Shown piece by piece: positions 18,714-27,919 of a stretch of DNA of 64,000 nt; the first letter of the stretch is position 1; each line of letters begins with the position of its first letter. The DNA is from Rhizobiaceae bacterium. GTDB lineage: Bacteria; Pseudomonadota; Alphaproteobacteria; Rhizobiales; Rhizobiaceae. The translations under genes were made by a program, and so were the position numbers. Location of the stretch: contig JAMLJC010000002.1 in the NCBI GenBank assembly GCA_023953845.1, positions 55,421-119,420 of the forward strand. Direction: 5' to 3'. The notes beneath the pieces were generated by a model. That model made no database searches and had not been told where the DNA came from. It saw only the letters and a list, made by a program, of their open reading frames with translations.

Positions 18714-19467
18714 ATGGCGCAGCCCTGGATCAAAGACCAATGGTATTCCAGTCCCCATACCTTCTCGACGGAAGTGCAGCAGGACCTGCAATTTCCCAAC
18801 AAGGTCGAGCTTTTGGATCTCTCGCTGGACGAGAATGGGGAAGGCATGTCCGGCGCCCATCTCACCGAGGACCAGAAGCTCACAATCGCCGGACTGCTCG
18901 ACGACCTCGGCGTCCACCGTATTGGGATCCTCGGATATCCGCCGCGGGTGACGCCGGAAGAGATCGGGCGGCTGAAAATCGAGGTCTCGGCCGCCAAGCG
19001 CGTCGCCAAGGCCGTAAAGAAAGCCAAGCTGGTCGCGCTTTCCTCGACGCGCGAGGATATCGACCGGGCTGCTGAATGTGGCGCCGGCCAGGTGATCATA
19101 CGGCAATACCTGTCGCATGTGCAGGACATTACGGCGGAATCCAACGCTGAGAAGGTCGCGAATTTCCTCGCTCTAGCCACACACGCGCGCAGTCATGGCC
19201 TGTCTGTCGCCATGCTGGCGCAAGGGATCACCCGTGCAGATGTCGGCGACATCCGCACGATACTTTCCGCCATCGATCGCGAGGGGATGCTGGACGAAGT
19301 CTGCCTGACCGATACCCATGGTGTCTGCACGCCCCAGGGCTTCCACTATCTGGTTTCATTCGTACGGCATTTCCTGAAGTCCCCCGTCCAGGTTCACTGC
19401 CACAACCATCTCGGCCTTGGCGTTGCGAACGCCTGCCTCGCGGCTTCCGCGGGGGCAAGCATTGGCC
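18714..19467 (+). pseudogene. HMGL-like / DRE-TIM metallolyase family gene, 5' part (interrupted by IS3-family element)
   Basis: MAQPWIKDQ...VQVHCHNHLGLGVANACLAASAGASIG carries the HxH...AN signature of pyruvate-carboxyltransferase domains. The reading runs into the IS left end at 19468. Confidence 0.75.
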
Positions 19468-19517
19468 TGCTGCCGGTTTCGTGGACACCGAGATAAGGTG
19501 TTTGACGGAACTGGAGA

Positions 19518-19814
19518 GTGGGAATGCAGAGAAGGAAGTTCAGCCGCGAGTTCAAACTTGAGGCGGTGAGGTTGGTGAAGGATCGAGGCGTTGCTGTTGC
19601 GCAGGCTGCCCGTGATCTGGATCTCCACGAGAACGTGCTGCGCAAGTGGGTCAGGGAGTTCGCTGCCGATCGACAGCATGCGTTTCCCGGCCATGGTCAG
19701 ATGAAGCCAGAGCAGCAGGAGATCGACCGGCTGCGCAAGGAAGTGGCGAAGCTGAAGGCGGAACGCGACATCCTAAAAAAGGCCGCAGCCTACTTCGCGA
19801 GGGAAGCGATATGA
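19518..19814 (+). CDS. IS3-family transposase OrfA (HTH)
   Basis: MQRRKFSREFKLEAVRLVKDRGVAVAQAARDLDLHENVLRKWV... plus a leucine-zipper-like tail. Confidence 0.9.
   Translation: MGMQRRKFSREFKLEAVRLVKDRGVAVAQAARDLDLHENVLRKWVREFAADRQHAFPGHGQMKPEQQEIDRLRKEVAKLKAERDILKKAAAYFAREAI
19775..19781 (+). promoter_or_regulatory. A AAA AAG slippery heptamer for -1 programmed frameshift (OrfAB fusion)
   Basis: In the orfA zero frame the codons read CTA AAA AAG. The -1 frame continues as ...KKGRSLLREGSDMRFAFIAKH... into orfB. Confidence 0.7.
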
Positions 19815-20671
19815 GATTCGCCTTCATCGCGAAGCACCGTTCGATCTGGCCGGTGGCATGGCTGTGCAGTGCGCTGGACGTCTCCCGCTCGGGCTTCCAT
19901 GCCTGGCTCAACCGCAGCCCCAGCGCCCGGTCGCGGCGCGACGAGGTGCTCATTCCCCGGATCGACCGCAGCTTCAAGAGCAGCGACCGAACCTATGGCG
20001 CCCGTCGTGTCTGGCATGACGTGCTGGCCGAAGGCTTCTCCTGCGGCCTTCATCGTGTCGAAAGGCTCATGCGGGAGAACGGGCTGCGTGCTCGGCCCCG
20101 ACGCCGTGGATTGCCGAAGGATACGGGCGAGCGAGCCTCCGTGTCGGACAACCTGCTTGACCGCGCATTCGAGGCATCGGCGCCGAACCAGAAGTGGATC
20201 GCCGACTTCACCTACATCTGGACCGCCGAGGGATGGCTCTACGTTGCCGCCGTCGTCGACCTGTTCTCCCGCCGTGTCGTGGGTTGGGCGATGAAGGCAG
20301 AGATGACGGCCCAGCTCGTGACCGACGCCCTCATCATGGCGATCTGGCGCCGAGGCAAACCCGACAGCCTGCTCCATCACTCGGACCAGGGATCGCAATA
20401 TACAAGCGAGCAGTTCCAGCGCCTGATGGCCGACCATGGCATCACCTGTTCGATGAGCCGGTCGGGCAACGTCTGGGACAATGCCGCGATGGAGAGCTTC
20501 TTCTCGTCGCTGAAAACCGAGCGGACAGCCCGCAAGGTCTACAGGAAAAGGGACGACGCAAGGGCAGATGTGTTCGATTACATCGAGCGCTTCTACAACC
20601 CCCGACGGAGGCACTCGACACTGGGCTACCTGAGTCCTGTCGAGTTCGAGGAGAAAGCTATGTTAGCTTAA
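19811..20671 (+). CDS. IS3-family transposase OrfB (DDE integrase domain); normally expressed as an OrfAB fusion
   Basis: QKWIADFTYIWTAEGWLYVAAVVDLFSRRVVGW...HSDQGSQYTS...DNAAMESFFSSLKTE (D, D, E regions). The frame is open from 19646. Confidence 0.85.
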   Translation: MRFAFIAKHRSIWPVAWLCSALDVSRSGFHAWLNRSPSARSRRDEVLIPRIDRSFKSSDRTYGARRVWHDVLAEGFSCGLHRVERLMRENGLRARPRRRGLPKDTGERASVSDNLLDRAFEASAPNQKWIADFTYIWTAEGWLYVAAVVDLFSRRVVGWAMKAEMTAQLVTDALIMAIWRRGKPDSLLHHSDQGSQYTSEQFQRLMADHGITCSMSRSGNVWDNAAMESFFSSLKTERTARKVYRKRDDARADVFDYIERFYNPRRRHSTLGYLSPVEFEEKAMLA

Positions 20672-20696
20672 CCTCGTGTCCGAAAAACCGGCAGCA

Positions 20697-21209
20697 GGCC
20701 ACATCATCCATACGACGATCCACGGGCTTGGCCACTTTGCCGGCTTGGCAGCCCTTGAAGAGGTCGTGGCTGCCATTCAGATTGGCTATGGCATCGATCT
20801 CGGATTGAACCTCGAAGGGCTGTTCGAGCTGTCGCAGGTGTTTCAGCGATTCACCGGCATCGAGATGCCTCCACACAAGCCCGTCGTCGGCATGCGAGCC
20901 TTCGTGATGGCCAACGACGCCTTCTACAACAAGCTGAACATGGATCGGGTCAAAGGAGGTGTTCCAAAGATCAACGTGCTACCCTTCCTACCGGAACTGG
21001 TTGGAAACCGAGAGCGGGTCTATCTCGGTGAGGGTCTTACCCGGGAGGCCGTGCAGTGGAATCTCGAGCTGGAAGGGCTGTCGTCGTCAGAGACCCAGGT
21101 CGACTTGATCCATGTCAGCATCATGGACCTCGTCAGCCGCAAGGGGGCGCCTGCCACAGATGCGGAGTTCCGGGGCGTGGCCGACGCGATACTTGCCGGA
21201 GCCATATAG
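20697..21209 (+). pseudogene. HMGL-like / DRE-TIM metallolyase family gene, 3' part
   Basis: Removing the IS plus one GGCC copy joins ...GASIG to HIIHTTIHGLGHFAGLAALEEVV... in frame. Confidence 0.75.
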
Positions 21210-21255
21210 AACCTGAAGTATTCCACTCTGCGAAATGTGTGTGCAACCATCCGCC

Positions 21256-21705
21256 TCAAGCGGAGCCGTTGCGGCCTGTGACGATGGCGCCGTCTCGCTT
21301 GCTGTCCAGTCTGGACAGCAGCGCGTCACGGAACCAGTTGTTGGCCGAATTGCGCTCGGCCTCCGACATGACGTCGCCAGCCTTGATCGGATCGTCTACG
21401 AGGATCAAGTCACCGCCGCGCCCGGTGAGCGTTCCTCCGACCGACGTCGCATAGCGAAAACCCCCGGCGGTCGTTGTCTGCTCGGTCTCGGTGTTTCTGC
21501 CGCCGAGTCGGGTGTTGGGGAACAGACAACGATAGCGTTCGGATTGCATGATGTTGCGAAGGCCTGTGCCGAGACTGACGGCGAGATCTCGCGAATAGCT
21601 TACGCTGATGATTTTCTTCGTCGGGGCGCGACCGAGACACCACGCCGCGAATGTTGCCGAGACGGTGAATGATTTGAGCGCCCCGGCGGGGTGACGATAC
21701 CTTAC
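21256..21705 (-). pseudogene. phage terminase large-subunit fragment (ATPase region only)
   Basis: Own translation gives ...KSFTVSATFAAWCLGRAPTKKIISVSYSRDLA...SVGGTLTGRGGDLILVDDPIKAGDVMSEAERNSANNWFRDALLSRLDSKRDGAIV, then a stop. Walker-B-like LILVDDP. No other phage genes lie nearby. Confidence 0.6.
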
Positions 21706-21725
21706 ACTGCTCTGATTGCCGCGGC

Positions 21726-22094
21726 CTACGGTTCAACCGTGCCCTGTCGCGCCGCCCAATCGAACGGGTAGAGGGCATAAAAATAGCCGGTGCGTTCCGT
21801 GGCGATGTATTTGAGATGTGTGCCGTTCGGCAGCCAGACGATGTCGCCGGGCGTGCACTCATGCCGGCCATCGTCGAGTTCGATGGTCAGCGTACCCTCG
21901 TGGATAAAGAGCACCTCGTCATAGGTGACGGTCCAGTCGATCGACGCGTTTTCGAGATATTCGATGCCGCCGCCCATGTGCCGGCTGATGTCGCCGTTGA
22001 TGACGCGGGCGATCGAAGACGTTCCGGTCGGCGTCACCGCCGGCTTGAGCTTCAGTTCGCTGTGTTTGAAGATCCTTGCCCTAGACATGGTCAT
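21726..22094 (-). CDS. cupin domain protein (EutQ-like)
   Basis: WTVTYDEVLFIHEGTLTIELDDGRHECTPGDIVWLPNGTHLKY. ATG 22094 overlaps the stop of the upstream FAD oxidase gene (ATGA). Confidence 0.7.
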   Translation of the reverse strand: MTMSRARIFKHSELKLKPAVTPTGTSSIARVINGDISRHMGGGIEYLENASIDWTVTYDEVLFIHEGTLTIELDDGRHECTPGDIVWLPNGTHLKYIATERTGYFYALYPFDWAARQGTVEP

Positions 22095-23527
22095 CCTTTC
22101 CGCGCGCCGCGACGGTTGGCCTTGGAGGGGGTGACGCCAGACGGCGCGAGGCCGGCGAGCCATCTGGTGAGACCGTCCGGCTTGCGGCCGGCGTGTTCGA
22201 GGTCGTCTCTCCGGCGCACCGCGCCGCGCACGAAATGGGCGCCGATGAAGCGGAAGGGTTCCGGCGGAAAGCCGCGGGTCACGGGGCGGACGAGAGCCGA
22301 GTCGGTCAGTTCCGATTCGCTGCCGGTCAAAAGCTGGCTCAGAATCTGACCGCCGAGATAGGTCATCGTCGTGCCGTTGCCCGAAAAGCCATAGCCATAG
22401 GCGATGTCGCCATTGCCCGGCAGGGTGCCGAACAGCGGCAGGCCGCTCGCCGTTCGGTCGATCGGGCCGTTCCAGGAGGTTTCCAGTTCAAAGTCGGTAA
22501 GCGCCGGATGTCCGTCGCGCAGAACCCGCCGCATTTCATTGACGCGCGGCGAAGGGCCATGAAACCGCCGGTCGACGAAGCCGCCGAGGCCGATGATGCC
22601 GCCGCTGACGCCGACCGATAGACGCCCGTCCCGCGTCGGCGACCAGCCGCCGACGAAGACGCGGGAATCGATCATCAGCGGCGCGCGGCGATAGCCGGCC
22701 TTCTCCAGCTTCTCCGGCATCGGCTTCGACATGGCGTCGTCGCTCGATATGTTGAAGATCGCCGGCGCGAGTTCCGGGATTGCGCCCGACCATGCGTTGA
22801 TCGCCAGCACAATCTTGCCGCAGGAGACGCTGCCCCTTGCCGTGTCGACCTTCAGCCTGCCGCTGCGGGAAAACCGCGTCATCGGCGACTTTTCGTAAAT
22901 ACGCACGCCGCGCTTCAATGCCGATCGACGCAATCCGCGCACCAGGAAGCCCGGATGCACCGTCGCCGACGAGGCGTCGAATGCGCCGGCGAGGTGGCTC
23001 GTCGTTCCCGCCATCGCCGCGATCTCGTCACGCGAGACACGATACGCCGGGACGTATCCGCGGGCATGGAGCTTGTCCAGCGCGTCGTTCCACGCGCCGA
23101 CCTGGGCTTCGCAGGTCGCTCCCCAGATCCATCCGACCCGGTCGAACCAGCTGTCGATGCCTTCGGCCCGGCAGAATGCTTCGATACCGGCTATAGCCGC
23201 CTGCGATGCCTTGATGACCTTGAGGGCGTCGTCACCATTGCGAAGGGCGGCAAGCGCGCTGAACTTCGTCCAGGCGGACAGCACCATGCCCGAATTGCGG
23301 CCACTCGGCCCGCCGCCGCAGATGTCGCGCTCGATGATGACGACGTCCGTCGAGGGGTTCTGCTCCTTGAGCCGGATCGCGGTCCAGAGGCCGAGATAAC
23401 CGCCGCCGACGATGCAGACATCGGCCTGCGTCGATTCCGTCAGCGGTGGCGCCAGATCCGGATCTTCCGGCAGCGCCTGACGAAGCCAGTGACTGCGCCA
23501 CACAATGTCGCTTTCGGCGAGCCGCAT
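22091..23527 (-). CDS. FAD-dependent oxidoreductase (DAO family, gamma-glutamylamine/amine oxidase-like)
   Basis: N-terminal dinucleotide fold (ADVCIVGGGYLGLWTAIRLKE); 478 aa. Confidence 0.85.
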   Translation of the reverse strand: MRLAESDIVWRSHWLRQALPEDPDLAPPLTESTQADVCIVGGGYLGLWTAIRLKEQNPSTDVVIIERDICGGGPSGRNSGMVLSAWTKFSALAALRNGDDALKVIKASQAAIAGIEAFCRAEGIDSWFDRVGWIWGATCEAQVGAWNDALDKLHARGYVPAYRVSRDEIAAMAGTTSHLAGAFDASSATVHPGFLVRGLRRSALKRGVRIYEKSPMTRFSRSGRLKVDTARGSVSCGKIVLAINAWSGAIPELAPAIFNISSDDAMSKPMPEKLEKAGYRRAPLMIDSRVFVGGWSPTRDGRLSVGVSGGIIGLGGFVDRRFHGPSPRVNEMRRVLRDGHPALTDFELETSWNGPIDRTASGLPLFGTLPGNGDIAYGYGFSGNGTTMTYLGGQILSQLLTGSESELTDSALVRPVTRGFPPEPFRFIGAHFVRGAVRRRDDLEHAGRKPDGLTRWLAGLAPSGVTPSKANRRGARKG

Positions 23528-23530
23528 GGA

Positions 23531-24709
23531 TTATTCCATCTTTCGCGGAGTGAGCCGCCGTTCGATCAGACGGACCCACAGGCTCGCCCCTATCGGCAGA
23601 ATGGCGTCATTGAAGTCATAAAGCGTGTCATGAGCAGCGGCCTGATGATCGGCGTCGGCCTGGCCGAGGAGGAAATAGCAGCCCGGCCGCCTTTGCAGCA
23701 TGTAGCAGAAATCCTCAGAACCCATTTCGGGCGGCGGATCGAGCACGACGCGTTCGCCGCCCGCGACCTCTGCCGCGACACGTGCCATGACATCGGCCTG
23801 TGCGGGCGTGTTGATCGTCGGCGCGAACGGTCGTTCGTAGTCGATGTCGACGCTGGCGCCGCGACCTCCGGCGGCAGCGATCGCGATACGCCTGATCGCG
23901 GTTTCGAGCATCGCCTGCACCTCCGGATCGAAGGTGCGGACGGTGCCCGTCAGCACGGCGATGTCGGGAATGGTGTTGAAGGCTTCGCCGGCCCTGAAAC
24001 TGCCGACGGTCACGACGGCCGGCGAATGGACGTTGGTCAGCCGGCCGGGCAGAGCCTCGATATCGAGCAGGATGCGCGCGGCGATCGGAATCGGGTCGTT
24101 GGCGAGATGCGGCATCGCAGCGTGGCCACCACGGCCGCGCACCACGATCTTGAAGCGGTCCGCGGCGGCCGCGACGACGGTGTGATGGATCGCGATTTCG
24201 CCGAACTGCCGCTCTGAATTGTGGAGTGCATAGACCTCGTCACAGGAAAACCGCTCCAGCAGCCCGTCATCGAGCATGGCCATGGCGCCGCCCCGGCCTT
24301 CTTCGGCCGGCTGAAAGATGAAATGCACCGTTCCGGCAAAGTCCGGGGAACGCGCCAGAGCATGAGCGGCGCCGAGCAGCATGGTGGTGTGGCCGTCATG
24401 GCCGCAGCCATGCATCTTTCCAGGAAACTTCGAGGCATGCGGGAGATCGCGCGCCTCGGTCATAGGCAGGGCATCCATGTCGGCGCGGATGCCGATGCTG
24501 CCGCCCGCACCGAGCCTGCCCCTCAGCGTACCGACGACGCCGGTGCGGCCGACGCCCTCGACAGTCTCGATCCCCCACGAACGCAGCTTCTCCGCGACGA
24601 AACGGGCCGTCTCGAATTCCTCGAAGCCGAGTTCGGGATTGGCGTGGAGATGCCGCCGCCAGGCCGTCATCTCGCCCTGGAGCTGGAGGACGGAGGGCAC
24701 GAGCTTCAT
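23531..24709 (-). CDS. M20 family amidohydrolase (hippurate hydrolase / N-acyl-amino acid amidohydrolase-like)
   Basis: Start reassigned to ATG 24709 (MKLVPSVLQLQGEMTAWRRHLHANPELGFEE...MHGCGHDGH). It overlaps the stop of the permease gene. Confidence 0.85.
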   Translation of the reverse strand: MKLVPSVLQLQGEMTAWRRHLHANPELGFEEFETARFVAEKLRSWGIETVEGVGRTGVVGTLRGRLGAGGSIGIRADMDALPMTEARDLPHASKFPGKMHGCGHDGHTTMLLGAAHALARSPDFAGTVHFIFQPAEEGRGGAMAMLDDGLLERFSCDEVYALHNSERQFGEIAIHHTVVAAAADRFKIVVRGRGGHAAMPHLANDPIPIAARILLDIEALPGRLTNVHSPAVVTVGSFRAGEAFNTIPDIAVLTGTVRTFDPEVQAMLETAIRRIAIAAAGGRGASVDIDYERPFAPTINTPAQADVMARVAAEVAGGERVVLDPPPEMGSEDFCYMLQRRPGCYFLLGQADADHQAAAHDTLYDFNDAILPIGASLWVRLIERRLTPRKME

Positions 24710-25515
24710 GATGCGGGCCTCATGCGCAGGCGTTGGGCGCGAACCTGCAACCAGCCGATGAGCGCCAGCAATATGGCCGAGAAGACGATCAGCAGCACGG
24801 CCACGGCGGCGATGGCCGGGCTGACGGATTCGCGCACGCCGGAGAAGATCATGCGCGGCAGCGTGCGCTCGTTGCCGGTCGACAGGAAGCTCGCAACCAC
24901 GACCTCGTCGAAGGAGATGATGAAGGCGACGATGGCGCCGGTGACGACGCCGGGCGCGATGAGCGGCAGGATAACCTTGACGAAAGTGCGCATGGTTCCG
25001 GCGCCGAGCGATGCGGCGGCGCGGACAAGCGTGCGGTCGAATGTGGACAGGCTCGCCACGACGGTCGTCAGCATGACAGGCACGGCCATGGCGGTATGGG
25101 TCAGGATGATCGACAGCTTGTTGCCGACGAGGCCAAGCGTCGCGAAGAAGGAGAAGGCGGCAACACCGACGATGACCACGGGCACCACCAGCGGCGCGGC
25201 GATGATGGCGTAGATCAGCTTCTTGCCCGGAAAATTTCCCCAGGCGAGGCCGATGGCCGCCGGAATTCCGAGAACGCAGGAAAGGAGCGTCGTCGACAGG
25301 GCGATCACCAGAGAATTCCACAATGCGTTCGGCCAGCGTCGGTCGATCCAGAGCTCTTCATACCAGCGCAGGGAATAGCCGGGCGTCGGGAAGGCGAGCG
25401 CGTTGCTGCTGGTCAGCGACATCGGCACGACGATCAGCAGCGGCAGGATGATGAACGCCAGCAGGAGACCCGCATAGACATACATCAGCCATTTGCGGAA
25501 GATGCTGGCGCTCAT
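24706..25515 (-). CDS. ABC transporter permease (PotC-like)
   Basis: Start reassigned to ATG 25515 (MSASIFRKWLMYVYAGLLLAFIILPLL). ATGA overlaps on both sides. Confidence 0.85.
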   Translation of the reverse strand: MSASIFRKWLMYVYAGLLLAFIILPLLIVVPMSLTSSNALAFPTPGYSLRWYEELWIDRRWPNALWNSLVIALSTTLLSCVLGIPAAIGLAWGNFPGKKLIYAIIAAPLVVPVVIVGVAAFSFFATLGLVGNKLSIILTHTAMAVPVMLTTVVASLSTFDRTLVRAAASLGAGTMRTFVKVILPLIAPGVVTGAIVAFIISFDEVVVASFLSTGNERTLPRMIFSGVRESVSPAIAAVAVLLIVFSAILLALIGWLQVRAQRLRMRPAS

Positions 25516-26720
25516 CCGCTTGTCTTTCGTCTCAGAATGGCGTTCGCCGTCCAGCAAAGGAAAGCGAATACGAGCAGGATGAGCAGCAACTGAAGCGAGA
25601 GCGCCGCGCCCAGGCCCCAGTTCAGCGTGTTGTTGGTGTAGAAAGCGATATAGCTTGACACCATCTGGTCCGTGGGACCGCCGACCAGCGTCGGCGTGAT
25701 GTAGTAGCCAAGCGAGAAGACGAAGACGATCGCGCCTCCCGAAAGAATCCCGGGCAGAATGAGCGGCAGTTGTACGCGACGCCATGCCGTCAGCCAGGAT
25801 GCGCCGAGCGAAAGCGCGGCGCGCATATAAGTTGTCGGCACGCGGCGCATGACCGCAACGATGGACAGCACCATCATCGGCAGCAGGACCTGCACCATGG
25901 CGACGTAGAGCGAGAAGCGCGTGTAGACGAGATTGAGCGGCTCATTGACGATGCCGAGTCCGAGCAGGGTGGCGTTCACCGGACCATTCTTCTGCAGCAC
26001 GATGATCCAGATCACCGTTCTCACAAGCAGCGACGTCCACAGCGGAAACAGCACGAAAGCGAACATCAGCCGGGACCAGACGGGCGGCGCGCTGACGATT
26101 GCCTGAGCCAGCGGCAGGGCGAGGAGCGTGCAGATCGCAGTCACCATCGCGCTGATCCAGATTGTTCGGAGAAGCACGTCGAGGAACACGGCGCGATCCG
26201 CCGGCACGCTTGTTATGCCGCCATCCTCGCCGCGCATCACGTCGACGCTATTCAGCAGATAGTAGTCGGTGAATGCGCTCTTCTGGCGTGAAATCTCCCG
26301 CCAGAGGGCGGGATTGTCCCAACCGGCATGTTTCGCGAGCAGGCTCTCGCGCACAGGGCGCATGTCGAACTTGCCGTCGGCTGCGTCCCTGGAGGTCTTG
26401 ATGATCAGGAAACGGGTGCCGACGACGCGCTGGTTGACCAACTGGGCCAGCACGCCGTCCTGTCTGTTGCGCTTGGCGTCCGCCAGATCCTCGACCAGCG
26501 CGACGAATACCGGTTCGGCGGGCAGGCCGGTTTCAGGCTCCCAGTCCGACAATGCCGCGATGGTGCGCGGCAGGTTGCCGGAGATGTCGGAGTTGTCGAC
26601 CGAGAGGGCAAGGAAGCGGGCGACCGGCCACAGAAACACGACGAAGACGAAGACGACGAGCGGCAACACCAGCAAGGCGAGGAACGCGCCTTGCCGGTGC
26701 CGCCCGGCCGGTATGGCCAT
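25512..26720 (-). CDS. ABC transporter permease (PotB-like, extended N-terminal periplasmic loop)
   Basis: Probable start at ATG 26720 (MAIPAGRHRQGAFLALLVLPLVVF). Multiple TM segments. Confidence 0.8.
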   Translation of the reverse strand: MAIPAGRHRQGAFLALLVLPLVVFVFVVFLWPVARFLALSVDNSDISGNLPRTIAALSDWEPETGLPAEPVFVALVEDLADAKRNRQDGVLAQLVNQRVVGTRFLIIKTSRDAADGKFDMRPVRESLLAKHAGWDNPALWREISRQKSAFTDYYLLNSVDVMRGEDGGITSVPADRAVFLDVLLRTIWISAMVTAICTLLALPLAQAIVSAPPVWSRLMFAFVLFPLWTSLLVRTVIWIIVLQKNGPVNATLLGLGIVNEPLNLVYTRFSLYVAMVQVLLPMMVLSIVAVMRRVPTTYMRAALSLGASWLTAWRRVQLPLILPGILSGGAIVFVFSLGYYITPTLVGGPTDQMVSSYIAFYTNNTLNWGLGAALSLQLLLILLVFAFLCWTANAILRRKTSG

Positions 26721-26739
26721 TACCGGCACCGCGTGCCGC

Positions 26740-27795
26740 CTACCTGGCTTGCCAGGCCTTGAAGCGCTCTTCCAGCGCTTCCTTGTTCTCGGTCCAGAAG
26801 TCGTTGTCATACGCAGCGGCATACTGGATGTGTTCCGGAGATGTCGGCAGGTTGGCCGCCCACTCGGCGGGTATCAGGGCGGCTGCTTCCTTGCGGCCGG
26901 TGCCGTAGGCGTAGAGCTTCGAGAAACCAGCCTGATTCTCGGGGATCGAGAACCACTTCAGCAATTCGAGCGCTTCCTTCTCGTGCGGCGCGCCCTTGAC
27001 CACCGCCCAATAGTCGGTGCCGTAGAAGAAACCTGCCTCCCAGACGATAGCGTAGGGCTTCTTCTCGTTCACGACTTCGTTGGTGATGCGGGCGTTAAAC
27101 TGATCGCTCATCACCACCTCGCCGCTGTCGAGGTTCTGAATGCCTTGCGTGGTCGTCGACCACCAGACGGCATGCGGCTTGATCTTGTCGAGCATGGCAA
27201 ACGCCCTGTCGACGCCCTCCGGCGTGCTCAGCACCTTGTACATGTCCTCCCGCTTCACGCCGTCGGCCATCAGCGCATTCTCGAGCGTGAACTGCGCCTG
27301 CGCATAGACGCCGCGCTTGCCCGGGAATTTCTCCACGTCCCAGAAGTCGGCCCAGCTCTTCGGGCCGGCATCGCCTTTGAAAACATCGGTATTGTAGGTC
27401 AGGATCGTTGCCCAGGTGTCGGACGCGACGCCGCATTCATGCAGCGTGCCGGGCAGATAGTTGGCCGCATCACCGGTGATCTCCGGCGTCAGCGGCACGA
27501 ACAGACCCTCGGCGCAGCCGATCTCCATCCCCGGCGCTTCCGTGGAAACGACATCGTAGGTGACGTTGCCGGCCTGCACCTGCGCGCGCACCTTGGCGAC
27601 CTCGCCAGCCCATTCCTCCTGGATGATCGGTATGCCTGTCTGTTCGGTGTATTTATCCCAGACGCCGTCCTTGTAGGCCTTGTCCCAGGTCCCGCCCCAG
27701 CCGACGACCGTGATCGGGTCGGCGGCGGATACGGCAAGCGTCGATGCCGCGAGGCACAACGCAACGGCTGAAACGGTTCGCAGGTATGTCCTCAT
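26740..27795 (-). CDS. ABC transporter substrate-binding protein (PotD/PotF-like)
   Basis: Signal peptide MRTYLRTVSAVALCLAASTLAVSA; 351 aa; first gene of the importer operon. Confidence 0.85.
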   Translation of the reverse strand: MRTYLRTVSAVALCLAASTLAVSAADPITVVGWGGTWDKAYKDGVWDKYTEQTGIPIIQEEWAGEVAKVRAQVQAGNVTYDVVSTEAPGMEIGCAEGLFVPLTPEITGDAANYLPGTLHECGVASDTWATILTYNTDVFKGDAGPKSWADFWDVEKFPGKRGVYAQAQFTLENALMADGVKREDMYKVLSTPEGVDRAFAMLDKIKPHAVWWSTTTQGIQNLDSGEVVMSDQFNARITNEVVNEKKPYAIVWEAGFFYGTDYWAVVKGAPHEKEALELLKWFSIPENQAGFSKLYAYGTGRKEAAALIPAEWAANLPTSPEHIQYAAAYDNDFWTENKEALEERFKAWQAR

Positions 27796-27823
27796 TTCAG
27801 TTTCCCCTTTGCTTGTGGTGTAG

Positions 27824-27835
27824 ATTTGATCAAAT
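27824..27835. promoter_or_regulatory. perfect palindrome ATTTGATCAAAT (candidate GntR-type operator)
   Basis: Lies in the divergent promoter region between the SBP and aminotransferase genes. A second near-copy is at 27908-27919. Confidence 0.35.
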
Positions 27836-27907
27836 TTGTTGCGCGAAACGGATTGATAAGCAATAGTTATTCGCGATAGGATGGAAAAAAGTCATCGGAT
27901 TGCGGAG

Positions 27908-27919
27908 ATTTGATCGAAT
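27908..27919. promoter_or_regulatory. near-copy ATTTGATCGAAT overlapping the aminotransferase start codon
   Basis: The longer shared context AGATTTGATC(A/G)AAT occurs at both sites. Confidence 0.3.

Larger units (their letters stand above)
19468..20696 (+). mobile_element. IS3-family insertion sequence (IS407-group-like), 1229 bp, apparently intact
   Basis: Terminal inverted repeats TGCTGCCGGTTTCGTGGACACCGAG... (left) and ...CTCGTGTCCGAAAAACCGGCAGCA (right). 4-bp direct repeat GGCC at 19464-19467 and 20697-20700. Contains orfA and orfB with a slippery site. Confidence 0.85.

Noticed and set aside
23531-25321. 596-aa ORF read as a fusion protein, and likewise the N-terminal extensions of 24706-25785, 25512-26822, 49334-50671, 32492-34597, 56560-57897, 57294-58829 and 31083-32495
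   Set aside because: The N-terminal parts are Arg/His-rich nonsense that overlaps the upstream gene. Internal Met codons coincide with ATGA/GTGA operon overlaps and with the start of recognisable domains.
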